Source: an uncultured virus (IMG/VR IMGVR_UViG_3300042336_000327) (taxonomy: Duplodnaviria > Heunggongvirae > Uroviricota > Caudoviricetes). From it: a stretch of 64,000 bases of DNA. The stretch is taken from the IMG/VR virus record IMGVR_UViG_3300042336_000327, positions 1 to 64,000 of that record; one strand, written 5' to 3'. Below the pieces are notes generated by a model. It had not been told where the DNA came from. It worked only from the letters and a program-made list of their open reading frames with translations, and ran no database searches. The translations under genes and the position numbers were made by a program. Below, one piece after another: positions 47,431 through 56,655 of the stretch; the first letter of the stretch is position 1; every line of letters starts with the position of its first letter.

Positions 47431-49584
47431 ATGACCGTCCGCCACGAAATCAAGTCCCAACTTGCCAAACTTCTTGCCACTGAAGACCTTGTGGTTGAGC
47501 ACAAGAAGGTGGAGACTGCCTGCTTCAACGTTCATACCCGTGTGCTGACTCTGCCGATGTGGGAGAAGGCAAGTAACACTGTGTATGACCTTCTTGTCGC
47601 CCACGAGTGCGGACACGCATTGGAAACTCCCGATGAGGACTGGTTGGAGAAGGTAAAAGTTCCTCCACAGTTTGTGAATGTGGTAGAGGATGCTCGCATC
47701 GAGAAACTGATGAAGCGTCGTTATGCTGGTCTCGCTAAGACCTTCTATGCTGGTTATCGGGAACTCGCTGACGATGATTTCTTCCAGATTGGTGATGATA
47801 AACTGGAAACTTATAATCTTGCCGACCGAGCAAACCTATGGTTCAAGGTTGGTAACTATGTTGATATTCCGATTGAGCGTGGCGAAGAAACTGAAATTAT
47901 CAATCTGATTGCCGATACTGAGACTTTTGCTGATGTTCTGATTGCTGCAGAAGAACTCTATAAGTATTGTAAGCAAAAGCAACAGGAAGAAACCAAGATT
48001 TCTTTGGATAATCTTGAGTCCCAGCAGAGTGGTGCCGATAATCAACCCGCTTCCGACTTCATTGACCAGCAGGAAGGTGATAATGATCAACCCGAGTCTA
48101 ATGATTCTGAAGGTGCTCCTACTTCTGATGAAACTACTCAAGAAAAGGGTGAAACCACCCCAGAAATGGGTGGTGAGAAGAATGAAGAACCTGAAGTCAA
48201 GACGATGGAGTCTCTCGAAGAAGCACTGAAAGATCTTGTTAATAACAGTGGTCCTGAAAATGTTTATTTGGAATTGCCTAAACTTGACTTGAAAAAGGTG
48301 ATTGTTCCAAATGCTGATATTCACTCCAACTGTAAAAACTCTTGGTCTTCCTATCTTGAAGACCGTGGATATGGATATGGAAATGTCTTTGGTGAAGTTG
48401 ATAAGCAGTTTGTAGAGTTCAAGCGTTCTGCCCAAAAGGAAGTTAATTACTTGGTCAAAGAGTTTGAATGTCGCAAGGCAGCAGATTCTTATGCCCGTGC
48501 TACGACTGCTCGCACTGGTGTTTTAGACTGTTCTAAACTTCATACTTACAAATACAACGAAGACCTGTTCAAGAAAGTCACCACTCTTGCCAATGGTAAG
48601 AATCATGGTCTGGTGTTTGTGCTGGATTGGTCTGGTTCAATGTGTGATGTGATGCTGGATACCGTCAAGCAACTCTTCAACCTTGTCTGGTTCTGCAAGA
48701 AAGTTTCGATTCCTTTTGAGGTTTATGCCTTTACAACTGAGTATCCTCTGGTTTCTTATGATGAGAATGGTAAGGCAAGTTTTCGTGAAACTGCTTATGA
48801 GAAAAAAGATGGTCTGATTCAAGTTGGTGAGTGGTTCTCAATGATGAATCTTCTCACCAGTCAAGTGAATGGTAAGACTCTTGAAGAACAGATGAAGAAT
48901 ATTTTTCGTATCGCCCATTCATTTTCACGCAATAGTTATTCGGCGTATCCAACTCCTTTGGGACTTTCTCTTTCTGGCACCCCCTTGAATGAGGCACTCA
49001 TTTCTCTTCATCAGATTCTGCCTAAGTTCCAGAAAGAAAACAAACTTCAAAAAGTTCAATGCGTGATTCTGACTGATGGTGAAGCGTGTGGTATTAAGTA
49101 TCATCGTGAAGTCAAGCGTCAATGGGAAGATGGTCCTTTTATGGGAACTGCTGCGATTGGATTCAGTTCGTTTCTGCGTGACCGTAAGACTGGAAATACT
49201 TACTCTCTGGATTGTGAATGGCATCAAATGACCGATGTTTTTCTTCGTAATCTGCGGGACAAGTTTGCTGATATTAATTTCATTGGTATTCGTGTTCTAG
49301 AAGGTCGTGATGCTGGCAACTTCATTCGTCGTTACTACGGTTGGTATGGTGATGAGCATGATAAAGTAATGAGTTCTTGGAAAAAAGAAAAGGCATTTAC
49401 GATCAAAAAGTCAGGTTATCATTCCTACTTTGGTCTTTCTGCTACTGCCCTTTCTCAAGACACTGAGTTTGCTGTCTCTGAGGATGCAACCAAGACTCAA
49501 ATCAAATCTGCTTTTGTGAAGAGTCTCAAGTCGAAGAAAATGAACAAAAAGATTCTCGGGGAGTTTGTGGAACTTGTCGCCTGA
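47431..49584 (+). CDS. Metallopeptidase-like (HExxH) plus vWA domain protein; CobT-like partner of the MoxR ATPase
   Basis: AHECGHA, NVVEDARIE, acidic linker, MIDAS DWSGS, GTPL and ILTDGE. Confidence 0.85.
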   Translation: MTVRHEIKSQLAKLLATEDLVVEHKKVETACFNVHTRVLTLPMWEKASNTVYDLLVAHECGHALETPDEDWLEKVKVPPQFVNVVEDARIEKLMKRRYAGLAKTFYAGYRELADDDFFQIGDDKLETYNLADRANLWFKVGNYVDIPIERGEETEIINLIADTETFADVLIAAEELYKYCKQKQQEETKISLDNLESQQSGADNQPASDFIDQQEGDNDQPESNDSEGAPTSDETTQEKGETTPEMGGEKNEEPEVKTMESLEEALKDLVNNSGPENVYLELPKLDLKKVIVPNADIHSNCKNSWSSYLEDRGYGYGNVFGEVDKQFVEFKRSAQKEVNYLVKEFECRKAADSYARATTARTGVLDCSKLHTYKYNEDLFKKVTTLANGKNHGLVFVLDWSGSMCDVMLDTVKQLFNLVWFCKKVSIPFEVYAFTTEYPLVSYDENGKASFRETAYEKKDGLIQVGEWFSMMNLLTSQVNGKTLEEQMKNIFRIAHSFSRNSYSAYPTPLGLSLSGTPLNEALISLHQILPKFQKENKLQKVQCVILTDGEACGIKYHREVKRQWEDGPFMGTAAIGFSSFLRDRKTGNTYSLDCEWHQMTDVFLRNLRDKFADINFIGIRVLEGRDAGNFIRRYYGWYGDEHDKVMSSWKKEKAFTIKKSGYHSYFGLSATALSQDTEFAVSEDATKTQIKSAFVKSLKSKKMNKKILGEFVELVA

Positions 49585-49590
49585 TAAATA
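49583..49590 (+). promoter_or_regulatory. Late promoter (GATAAATA)
   Basis: Overlaps the vWA gene stop, 24 nt before the ATG at 49615. Confidence 0.5.
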
Positions 49591-49614
49591 TTTTTATAGA
49601 ACTCAATAAAGGCA

Positions 49615-49761
49615 ATGAGTAGATTCACAGACTTATTTCAAGAACCAGAAGCACCTACTCCTGCAGATCCTACTCCAGTAACTTCTCCTGCTCCAGAAGT
49701 AAAAATGGACAGTGATAAAAAATCAACATCGAATAAAAAATCCAAAAAGAAAGCAAAATGA
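49615..49761 (+). CDS. Small Pro-rich, Lys-tailed protein; not in the ORF track
   Basis: MSRFTDLFQEPEAPTPADPTPVTSPAPEVKMDSDKKSTSNKKSKKKAK* (48 aa); ATGA overlap with the next ORF. Confidence 0.6.
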   Translation: MSRFTDLFQEPEAPTPADPTPVTSPAPEVKMDSDKKSTSNKKSKKKAK

Positions 49762-49946
49762 AATCTAAATTCCCATTTGAACACGTCGTTAAATACGATA
49801 CTAAAGAAGTTTGGGTAAAGTGTGATAGTGCAATCACTGCGATGGGCATTGGTTCTATCGTTAAGCAATTTTATCCTGGATACACTCCTCATATTGCGAG
49901 TGAAGATTATTTGAATGAGTTGCGAAACCAACAGGTCCAGTTCTAA
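49758..49946 (+). CDS. Small hypothetical protein
   Basis: 62 aa with a coupled start; FPFEHVV...EVWVKC.SAITAMG. Confidence 0.65.
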   Translation: MKSKFPFEHVVKYDTKEVWVKCDSAITAMGIGSIVKQFYPGYTPHIASEDYLNELRNQQVQF

Positions 49947-49992
49947 AACTGTCACATGGGGCACTCAGTTGCCCCTTTTTTTCTTGTATAAT
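49937..49992 (+). promoter_or_regulatory. Early-promoter-like element with embedded terminator hairpin
   Basis: CCAGTT-N4-AACTGTCAC, hairpin GGGGCA/TGCCCC plus T run, then TATAAT at 49987. Confidence 0.7.
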
Positions 49993-50024
49993 AACTTCAG
50001 TTAAAAAACACACCTAACTACACC

Positions 50025-51140
50025 ATGCCTCGCAAGTCTGCCGTGAATGACGCCCAACTGATTGAGTCCATCAAAGAACTGTATGGTTCTGAAATTACTT
50101 CTGGTGACCTCAAGGGTTTCTGTGCCTCTCGTGGTCTGAATATTCAGACTGTGACCCGCCGCCTGGAAAACTACAAGACTGGTCGTGGTCGTTGGAACCT
50201 GGAAGTGACTCAAGAACGTGTGGAAGAGATTGAGCGTTCTTTCAGTGCTCCTGCTGTTCTTCCTGCTGCTGAACAAAACCTTATTCCTGATAAAGATGAT
50301 ACCTTCGTCAAGTTTGGTAACTTTAACGATATTAAAAAAATTATTCAGTCCCGTCTCTTTTACCCTACGTTCATTACGGGTCTGTCGGGTAACGGTAAAA
50401 CGTTCAGTGTGGAACAAGCGTGTTCCCAACTCAAGCGTGAATTGATTCGTGTGAATATCACCATTGAGACTGATGAGGATGACCTGATTGGTGGTTTCCG
50501 TCTAGTTAATGGTGAGACGGTCTGGCACAATGGTCCTGTGATTGAGGCACTGGAGCGTGGTGCAATCCTTCTGCTGGATGAGATTGACCTCGCTTCTAAC
50601 AAGATTCTGTGTCTGCAATCTGTCCTTGAAGGTAAAGGTGTTTTCCTGAAGAAGATTGGTCGCTTCGTGAAACCTGCTGCTGGTTTCAATGTGTTCGCCA
50701 CTGCAAACACCAAGGGTAAGGGTTCTGATGACGGTCGCTTCATCGGCACCAATGTGCTCAATGAGGCGTTCCTGGAGCGGTTCCCTGTGACCTTTGAGCA
50801 GTCCTATCCTGCTCCTGCTACCGAACAGAAGATTCTGGAAGGCATCGCTCTGGACCTTGGTGTGGAAGACCGTGACTTCTGTAAGCGCCTGGTTGATTGG
50901 GCAGACATCATCCGCAAGACCTTCTACGATGGTGGCATTGAGGAAATTATCAGCACCCGCCGTCTGGTTCATATCATCCGTGCTTACAGCATCTTCCAAG
51001 ACAAGGCAAAGGCAATCCAAGTGTGTGTGAATCGTTTCGACGATGAGACCAAACAGTCCTTCCTGGAACTGTATGATAAAGTGGATGCTGATTTCAAGAT
51101 GCCCACTGATGAACAGGTTGCACCTGACGCTCCTTTCTGA
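50025..51140 (+). CDS. cobS: CobS-like / MoxR-family AAA+ ATPase
   Basis: Walker A GLSGNGKT, DLIGG, Walker B LLLDEID, ATANTKG.G and NEAFLERF. Confidence 0.9.
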   Translation: MPRKSAVNDAQLIESIKELYGSEITSGDLKGFCASRGLNIQTVTRRLENYKTGRGRWNLEVTQERVEEIERSFSAPAVLPAAEQNLIPDKDDTFVKFGNFNDIKKIIQSRLFYPTFITGLSGNGKTFSVEQACSQLKRELIRVNITIETDEDDLIGGFRLVNGETVWHNGPVIEALERGAILLLDEIDLASNKILCLQSVLEGKGVFLKKIGRFVKPAAGFNVFATANTKGKGSDDGRFIGTNVLNEAFLERFPVTFEQSYPAPATEQKILEGIALDLGVEDRDFCKRLVDWADIIRKTFYDGGIEEIISTRRLVHIIRAYSIFQDKAKAIQVCVNRFDDETKQSFLELYDKVDADFKMPTDEQVAPDAPF

Positions 51141-51146
51141 TATAAT
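51118..51146 (+). promoter_or_regulatory. Sigma70-like promoter
   Basis: TTGCAC, 17 nt, TATAAT, with a TGn extended -10. Confidence 0.55.
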
Positions 51147-51147
51147 T

Positions 51148-51180
51148 GGGGAAGGTAAATTATGACCCTTCCCCTTTATT
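51148..51180 (+). terminator. Hairpin after cobS
   Basis: GGGGAAGG...CCTTCCCC stem followed by TTTATT. Confidence 0.55.
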
Positions 51181-51591
51181 ATGGATGAGTATCCTTATTC
51201 CGAATACCAATTCACTATGGCATTGAATAGTGATGATAAAATTGTAATTGAAAAAACACCTGTTATGACTGAACCTAAAAATCATCTCTGGAAATACAAC
51301 GAAGATAAGATTCTCAAAGACGTTGAAGATTATGTAACCAGCACCTATCACGGTCATTACTGTGGAGATGAAGATGGTTACAACGATATTCAAACTATTG
51401 ACTTGATGGCAGCGAAGAAACTTGCCGCTGGATTTTGTCAGGCAAACATCCTCAAGTATGGCAGTCGCTATGGTGATAAAGATGGACGCAATAAGCGTGA
51501 CCTTCTGAAAGTGATTCACTATGCTATGCTCCTGCTTCACTTTGATGGTCATTATTCTCGCAAAGATAATGGACTTACCGAATTCCGTTGA
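51181..51591 (+). CDS. Conserved hypothetical protein (DUF3310-like)
   Basis: KYNED.IL, TY.GHY, IQTID and FCQANILKY.SRYG.K.G...DL.K.IHYA motifs. Confidence 0.75.
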   Translation: MDEYPYSEYQFTMALNSDDKIVIEKTPVMTEPKNHLWKYNEDKILKDVEDYVTSTYHGHYCGDEDGYNDIQTIDLMAAKKLAAGFCQANILKYGSRYGDKDGRNKRDLLKVIHYAMLLLHFDGHYSRKDNGLTEFR

Positions 51592-51593
51592 TT

Positions 51594-52280
51594 ATGAAAC
51601 TCCCAAACAAAACTATGAAACTCTCTGACAACACCCTTGCTCTTCTCAAGAACTTTGCTGGCATCAACAACTCAATTCTTGTGAAGCAGGGTAATCAACT
51701 TCGCACTATCTCTGTGGCAAAAAATATTCTCGCTGAAGCGGATATCAATGAAGAGTTTCCTCGTGACTTTGCCATCTATGATCTGAACCAGTTTTTGAAT
51801 GGTTTGGGTCTTCATCAAGACCCTGATCTAGACTTTACTGAAGAGTCATATTTGAGCATCAAAGAAGGCAAGCGTCGGGTGAAGTATTTCTATGCTGACC
51901 CCAATGTGATTATTTCTCCTCCCGATAAGGCAATTCAACTACCTTCAACTGATGTGTGCTTCCAACTGGATAGTGCTTCTCTGGAGAAACTTGTCAAGGC
52001 AGCAGCAGTGTATCAACTCCCCGATCTTTCTGCGGTTGGTGAGAATGGTGTCATCAAACTGGTGGTTCGTGATAAGAAGAATGACACTTCTAATGAATAC
52101 GCTATTGTTGTTGGTGAAACTGACTCTGAGTTTGTATTCAACTTCAAGGTAGAAAATATCAAGATCATTCCTGGTGCTTACGATGTGGTTGTGTCTTCTA
52201 AACTTCTGTCACAATTTACAAATACCAAGTACAATCTGAAGTATTATATTGCTCTGGAACCAGATTCGACCTTTGGTTGA
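51594..52280 (+). CDS. gp45: Sliding clamp gp45 (start 51594 or 51615)
   Basis: MKLS..TL.LLKNF..IN.SI, FAIYDLNQFL, FKVENIKIIPG.Y.V and YYIALE motifs. Confidence 0.95.
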   Translation: MKLPNKTMKLSDNTLALLKNFAGINNSILVKQGNQLRTISVAKNILAEADINEEFPRDFAIYDLNQFLNGLGLHQDPDLDFTEESYLSIKEGKRRVKYFYADPNVIISPPDKAIQLPSTDVCFQLDSASLEKLVKAAAVYQLPDLSAVGENGVIKLVVRDKKNDTSNEYAIVVGETDSEFVFNFKVENIKIIPGAYDVVVSSKLLSQFTNTKYNLKYYIALEPDSTFG

Positions 52281-52702
52281 TGGAATTTTTACTCTATCTT
52301 ACTCCCCAAGCTCAAGATATACTTAATAAAGTTTATCGGGCAAGATATTCTGTCCAAGAAAATGTTGGGTATTGTAGGAGTAACAAAAATATTTTTGGTT
52401 ATGCAGACTTTGGAAAAAAGTTTATCATATGTACCAATAATATTAAAAAAAGTGGATTTGCCCTAGACTTTTATATTAACGAAACGGTTTATCATGAAGC
52501 AGTTCATGTAGCACATCTTTGTAACGGATATAAACCATTCGGTATATCTAAAAAAAATATGAGCCTTCCATCCTTTAAATATCAAGATATCAGAAATTCT
52601 GTGAAAACATCTTCATCTTCTGCTCAAATGGAACATGAAGCATATTGGATGGAAGATAAACCAGACAAAGTTAAGTATGTACTTCAAAAATATTGTTTCT
52701 GA
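52280..52702 (+). CDS. Hypothetical protein with an HExxH zincin-like motif
   Basis: TVYHEAVHVAH...EHEAY; TGATG coupling on both sides. Confidence 0.65.
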   Translation: MEFLLYLTPQAQDILNKVYRARYSVQENVGYCRSNKNIFGYADFGKKFIICTNNIKKSGFALDFYINETVYHEAVHVAHLCNGYKPFGISKKNMSLPSFKYQDIRNSVKTSSSSAQMEHEAYWMEDKPDKVKYVLQKYCF

Positions 52703-53214
52703 TGAACATCTTTGTAACTTCTCCTTGGCCTGCTGAGAGTGCTATCTACCTTCCCGATAAACATATTGTCAAAATGCCGCTGGAATGCTGTCAAATGCTT
52801 TCTATTGTCGCCTCTAGCAAATGGGGTCACAATTATGGCAATTTATATAAGTCTGATAACACTCCATACAAGACAGAAAAAGGAGCGTTTCGTAATCATC
52901 CCTGTACCAAATGGGCAATGGATAGTATCCATAATGCCTATTGGTTAATTAAGTGGGGAATGAACTTGTGTGATGAGTATTCTGTACGTTATGGGAAAAT
53001 CCATTCGTGCTATAATACCCTTCTAGGTGCTTATTATCTTTTCCCTAAGGGAAAGATTACAGAAGTAACTCCATTTGCCCGTGCTATGCCAGATGAGTAT
53101 AAACTTGACACAAGCATTGACACTTTTACTGCTTACAAGATGTATATTGCATCCAAACCTTGGGTTGCATCTAATTATCTTCGTATGCCTGAACGAAAAC
53201 CTAATTGGGTATAA
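52702..53214 (+). CDS. Pyrimidine-dimer DNA glycosylase / endonuclease V-like protein
   Basis: MNIF...P..SA..LPDKHIVKMPLE..QMLS, HPCTKW, EY..RYGK.H and AMPDEYK motifs. Confidence 0.75.
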   Translation: MNIFVTSPWPAESAIYLPDKHIVKMPLECCQMLSIVASSKWGHNYGNLYKSDNTPYKTEKGAFRNHPCTKWAMDSIHNAYWLIKWGMNLCDEYSVRYGKIHSCYNTLLGAYYLFPKGKITEVTPFARAMPDEYKLDTSIDTFTAYKMYIASKPWVASNYLRMPERKPNWV

Positions 53215-53217
53215 ATT

Positions 53218-54162
53218 ATGAACAGTGATTTTATTTGGGTAGAGAAATATCGCCCTAAAACAATTGAAGATTGTATTCTTCCTGAAACTACAAAGAAAAC
53301 CTTTCAGGAGTTTCTAAATAAGGGTGAAATTCCAAATATGCTTCTTGCTGGTCCTCCTGGTATTGGTAAGACCACAGTGGCAAAAGCACTCTGCAATGAA
53401 TTGGGAGTAGATGTTTATGTCATCAATGGATCCGACGAAGGTAGATTCCTCGATACTGTCCGAAACAATGCGAAGAACTTCGCTTCGACCGTTTCGCTTT
53501 CGTCAGATGCTAAACACAAAGTCGTCATCATTGACGAAGCAGATAACACAGGAAACGACGTACAACTCCTACTACGGGCGTTTATTGAGGAGTTTGCTGG
53601 TAACTGCCGATTCATCTTCACCTGCAACTACAAAAATAAAATCATCGAACCTCTCCACTCCCGATGTGCCGTTATTGACTTCTCCATCAAAGGAAAAGAA
53701 AAAACCGCATTGGCAGGATCCTTCTTCAAGCGTTTACAAAATATCTTGGATGCGGAGGGCGTCGAATTCGATCAAAGAGTACTTGCGGAACTTATCAATA
53801 AGCACTTCCCCGATTGGCGACGAGTCCTCAACGAGTGCCAAAGATATGCGGTAGGTGGAAAAATTGATAGTGGAATTCTTGCTGCTTTTTCGGATATTGC
53901 TGTAAATGAACTTGTTAAAAACCTTAAAGAAAAGAACTTTTCTGAAGTTCGTAAGTGGGTCGTCAGTAATCTGGACAATGATACTACTGTACTTCTCCGT
54001 CGTATTTACGATTCTCTTTACGAAAGTCTGGTTCCTGCTTCTATTCCTGCTGCTGTTCTTGTGCTCGCTAAGTATCAGTATCAAGGAGCATTTGTCGCAG
54101 ACCAAGAAATAAACATGCTTGCCTGCTTGACCGAAGTAATGGTGGAGTGTGAGTTTAAATGA
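53218..54162 (+). CDS. gp44: Clamp loader large subunit gp44
   Basis: WVEKYRPK.I.DCILP, GPPGIGKTT, IIDEAD, PLHSRC and FPDWRR motifs. Confidence 0.96.
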   Translation: MNSDFIWVEKYRPKTIEDCILPETTKKTFQEFLNKGEIPNMLLAGPPGIGKTTVAKALCNELGVDVYVINGSDEGRFLDTVRNNAKNFASTVSLSSDAKHKVVIIDEADNTGNDVQLLLRAFIEEFAGNCRFIFTCNYKNKIIEPLHSRCAVIDFSIKGKEKTALAGSFFKRLQNILDAEGVEFDQRVLAELINKHFPDWRRVLNECQRYAVGGKIDSGILAAFSDIAVNELVKNLKEKNFSEVRKWVVSNLDNDTTVLLRRIYDSLYESLVPASIPAAVLVLAKYQYQGAFVADQEINMLACLTEVMVECEFK

Positions 54163-54413
54163 AAAACAAGAAACTCAAAGCACTAATACAAAAACCATTA
54201 AGGTTTCATCATCAAGATATTCACGAAGAACTCGATGAACTGAAAAAGCAACATCAGGTCAAGTCCAAGTGGTATTACATCTTCTGGGGTGCTTGCGCCG
54301 TTGCTGTTGTTGGTGGTCAAATCTATGTTGGAACTGGATATCGTGAGATGGCAGAAGCAACTAAAAATACTGAAATTGTTGTGAGGTGTGTAAATGGGTC
54401 TGCTCAAAATTGA
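54159..54413 (+). CDS. Small predicted single-pass membrane protein
   Basis: ATGA overlap with gp44; hydrophobic stretch WYYIFWGACAVAVVGGQIYVG. Confidence 0.6.
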   Translation: MKNKKLKALIQKPLRFHHQDIHEELDELKKQHQVKSKWYYIFWGACAVAVVGGQIYVGTGYREMAEATKNTEIVVRCVNGSAQN

Positions 54414-54603
54414 CATTAAATCCCTTAAGGAAGTTGCAGTTAAAACAACCCCTGAAAATGTGAGAGGGGCAAATGAAGGTCTCTTTCGTGCTAAAATGAC
54501 TCTTCCTGCTGCCGCAAAACATTGTGGCATGACGCAGAAAGAAATGAAACTCACTTTTAGAGAGTATTTGAAGTATCATCCTAAAGATTATGAAGTCTCT
54601 TAA
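54394..54603 (+). CDS. Small HTH-like hypothetical protein
   Basis: LFRAKMTLPAAAKHCGMTQKEMK resembles a helix-turn-helix. Confidence 0.6.
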   Translation: MGLLKIDIKSLKEVAVKTTPENVRGANEGLFRAKMTLPAAAKHCGMTQKEMKLTFREYLKYHPKDYEVS

Positions 54604-55492
54604 AACACCCTTGAGGTATCCTGGAGGTAAGTCCCGTGCTTGTGAAAAGATGGGACCTTACTTTCCAGATCTTCGCAACTATGCTGAGTTCCGAGAACCA
54701 TTTCTTGGCGGAGGAAGTGTTGCAATTTATATCACTAAGAAATATCCCAACCTAGATATTTGGGTGAATGATTTGTATGAACCTCTTGTAAATTTCTGGC
54801 AACAACTCCAGATTTTTGGAAATGATCTTAAAAATAAACTGGAAGAACTTAAACTGAGAAACAATACACCAGAACTAGCAAAGGAACTTTTTCTTAAAGC
54901 AAAGGAGCAAATCAATGACCAAAGTTTGCCTAGCATTGATCGTGCTGTGGCTTTCTATATTGTCAATAAGTGCTCTTTCAGTGGTCTCACGGAGAGTTCA
55001 TCATTTTCTCAACAAGCCTCCATTTCCAACTTCAGTTTGCGGGGTATCGAAAAACTGCCTGCGTATTCTAAACTGATTGAACATTGGCGTATAACTAATT
55101 ATTCGTATGATTATCTGATGGATGGAAATAAAGATGCTTTTATGTATCTCGATCCTCCTTATGACATTAAGGATAATCTCTACGGGCGTAAGGGATCAAT
55201 GCACAAAGGATTTGATCACGATAAGTTTGCTGCTGATTGTGATGCTAACGATATGGATCAGTTGATTAGTTATAATTCTGACCAACTCGTAAAAGATAGA
55301 TTTACAAACTGGAACGCTGCTGAGTTTGATCTAACTTATACGATGCGTTCTGTTGGTGAATATATGCGTGAGCAAAAACAACGTAAAGAACTTTTGTTAT
55401 CTAATTATACTGAAGGTCCAAAAATTCAGTTTAGTTTTGCTGGTTGCTACAAATATGATAAATTAAAAAAAGAAGGTTTAATTAATGACTGA
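54590..55492 (+). CDS. dam: DNA adenine methyltransferase (Dam family)
   Basis: PLRYPGGKS, EPFLGGGSV, VND, catalytic YLDPPY and ISYN motifs. Confidence 0.92.
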   Translation: MKSLKTPLRYPGGKSRACEKMGPYFPDLRNYAEFREPFLGGGSVAIYITKKYPNLDIWVNDLYEPLVNFWQQLQIFGNDLKNKLEELKLRNNTPELAKELFLKAKEQINDQSLPSIDRAVAFYIVNKCSFSGLTESSSFSQQASISNFSLRGIEKLPAYSKLIEHWRITNYSYDYLMDGNKDAFMYLDPPYDIKDNLYGRKGSMHKGFDHDKFAADCDANDMDQLISYNSDQLVKDRFTNWNAAEFDLTYTMRSVGEYMREQKQRKELLLSNYTEGPKIQFSFAGCYKYDKLKKEGLIND

Positions 55493-55868
55493 ATTGAAGG
55501 ACTGGTTAAACTCTATTAATCAGACGAAGCAACACCTGATTGACGAAGACCCCTCTCTTGAAAAAGAATATGCTCCTTATATTATCAATCGTTGTCTATC
55601 AGGTCATCTTGATTGCGTTCTGTTTGCGAATGAAATGAATCGCTATCATTTCCTCCCAAAGAAACTTCAATATGACTTTTTTATAAATAGTCTGAGGAAA
55701 AAGAAGAGATTTTCTCCCTGGCTCCGACAAGATAAAATCAAAGACCTTGATTATGTTAAACGTTACTATGGTTTTAGTAATGAAAAGGCAAAACAAGCTT
55801 TGAGGATTCTTACTAAAGAACAACTAACATTTATAAAATCGAAATTTGAAACTGGAGGAACAAAATGA
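55485..55868 (+). CDS. gp62: Clamp loader small subunit gp62
   Basis: LKDWLNSIN, Y.PYIINRCLS, ANEMN, QYDF and YYG.S..KA..AL.IL motifs. Confidence 0.92.
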   Translation: MTELKDWLNSINQTKQHLIDEDPSLEKEYAPYIINRCLSGHLDCVLFANEMNRYHFLPKKLQYDFFINSLRKKKRFSPWLRQDKIKDLDYVKRYYGFSNEKAKQALRILTKEQLTFIKSKFETGGTK

Positions 55869-56305
55869 GTGTCGTTCAAGAACCTGAAGTGAAGTGGACG
55901 CCCGACCAAATGGTGGAAGTGATTCTTAATGAACCTGATGATTTTCTTAAGGTTCGTGAGACTTTGACCCGTATCGGAGTTGCTTCAAGAAAGGAAAAGA
56001 AAATCTATCAGTCTTGCCATATTCTGCACAAGCAAGGTAGATATTATCTCGTTCACTTTAAGGAACTGTTTGCTCTGGATGGCAAACATGCTAACCTGAC
56101 CGTGAATGATGTGCAACGTCGCAATCGTATCGCTCAACTTCTCGCTGATTGGGGGCTGATTGATATTGTTGATGCTACCAAGATTCAAGATATTGCACCA
56201 CTTAATCAAATTAAAGTCCTTGCTTATAAGGATAAGGGAGACTGGATTCTGGAAACCAAGTATAATATTGGATCCAAGAAGAAGAAAGTTGAGGATGCTG
56301 AGTGA
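55865..56305 (+). CDS. regA: Translational repressor RegA
   Basis: DDFLKVRETLTRIGVA, YQSCHILHKQG.YY.VHFKELF.LDG and RRN.IA.LL.DWGL motifs. Confidence 0.97.
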   Translation: MSVVQEPEVKWTPDQMVEVILNEPDDFLKVRETLTRIGVASRKEKKIYQSCHILHKQGRYYLVHFKELFALDGKHANLTVNDVQRRNRIAQLLADWGLIDIVDATKIQDIAPLNQIKVLAYKDKGDWILETKYNIGSKKKKVEDAE

Positions 56306-56547
56306 TGTCTTCGGGAAGTTTTGAATTTCGTTTTCGTCACCAAAACGAAGGTGCCGCCTGGCATAACAATCCTAATGCTAAGTTTGCTCTTCCCGATGAA
56401 GATGTAGAGATTAGATGTGATGATCCATATCTAAATGAAAATCAATTCCTAGAAATGGTTCGCAGATTTTTCATTGCTTGTGGGTATACCGAACAACAAT
56501 GGAAAGATGCTTTAAAAGTTCATCTTAAAGAAGTGGAAACCGAATAA
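56305..56547 (+). CDS. Small hypothetical protein
   Basis: TGATG coupling to regA; F.RFF.ACGY motif; followed by a terminator. Confidence 0.65.
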   Translation: MSSGSFEFRFRHQNEGAAWHNNPNAKFALPDEDVEIRCDDPYLNENQFLEMVRRFFIACGYTEQQWKDALKVHLKEVETE

Positions 56548-56554
56548 AAGAATT

Positions 56555-56578
56555 ACGGGGTTCAACACCCCGTTTTTT
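56555..56578 (+). terminator. Intrinsic terminator
   Basis: ACGGGGT-TCAAC-ACCCCGT followed by TTTTT. Confidence 0.85.
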
Positions 56579-56589
56579 GTAAGAAGTAT

Positions 56590-56655
56590 TATAATTATAT
56601 ACGGATGCCGAAAGGGTCCACAAAACACAAACTCGCTTTTAAAGGAGCTACCATA
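56590..56655 (+). promoter_or_regulatory. hsp20 promoter and structured 5' UTR (ROSE-like RNA thermometer)
   Basis: TATAAT at 56590; hairpin GGATGCC-GAAA-GGGTCC; CTCGCT (56632-37) can pair with the SD AGGAG (56643-47). Confidence 0.6.

Noticed and set aside
50025..51140. Reading cobS as evidence of phage cobalamin biosynthesis
   Set aside because: Only a generic MoxR AAA+ signature with a vWA partner is present; no other cob genes are in the window.
56605..56655. N-terminal extension of Hsp20 in the ORF track
   Set aside because: This stretch is the structured leader containing the SD; the start at 56656 fits better.
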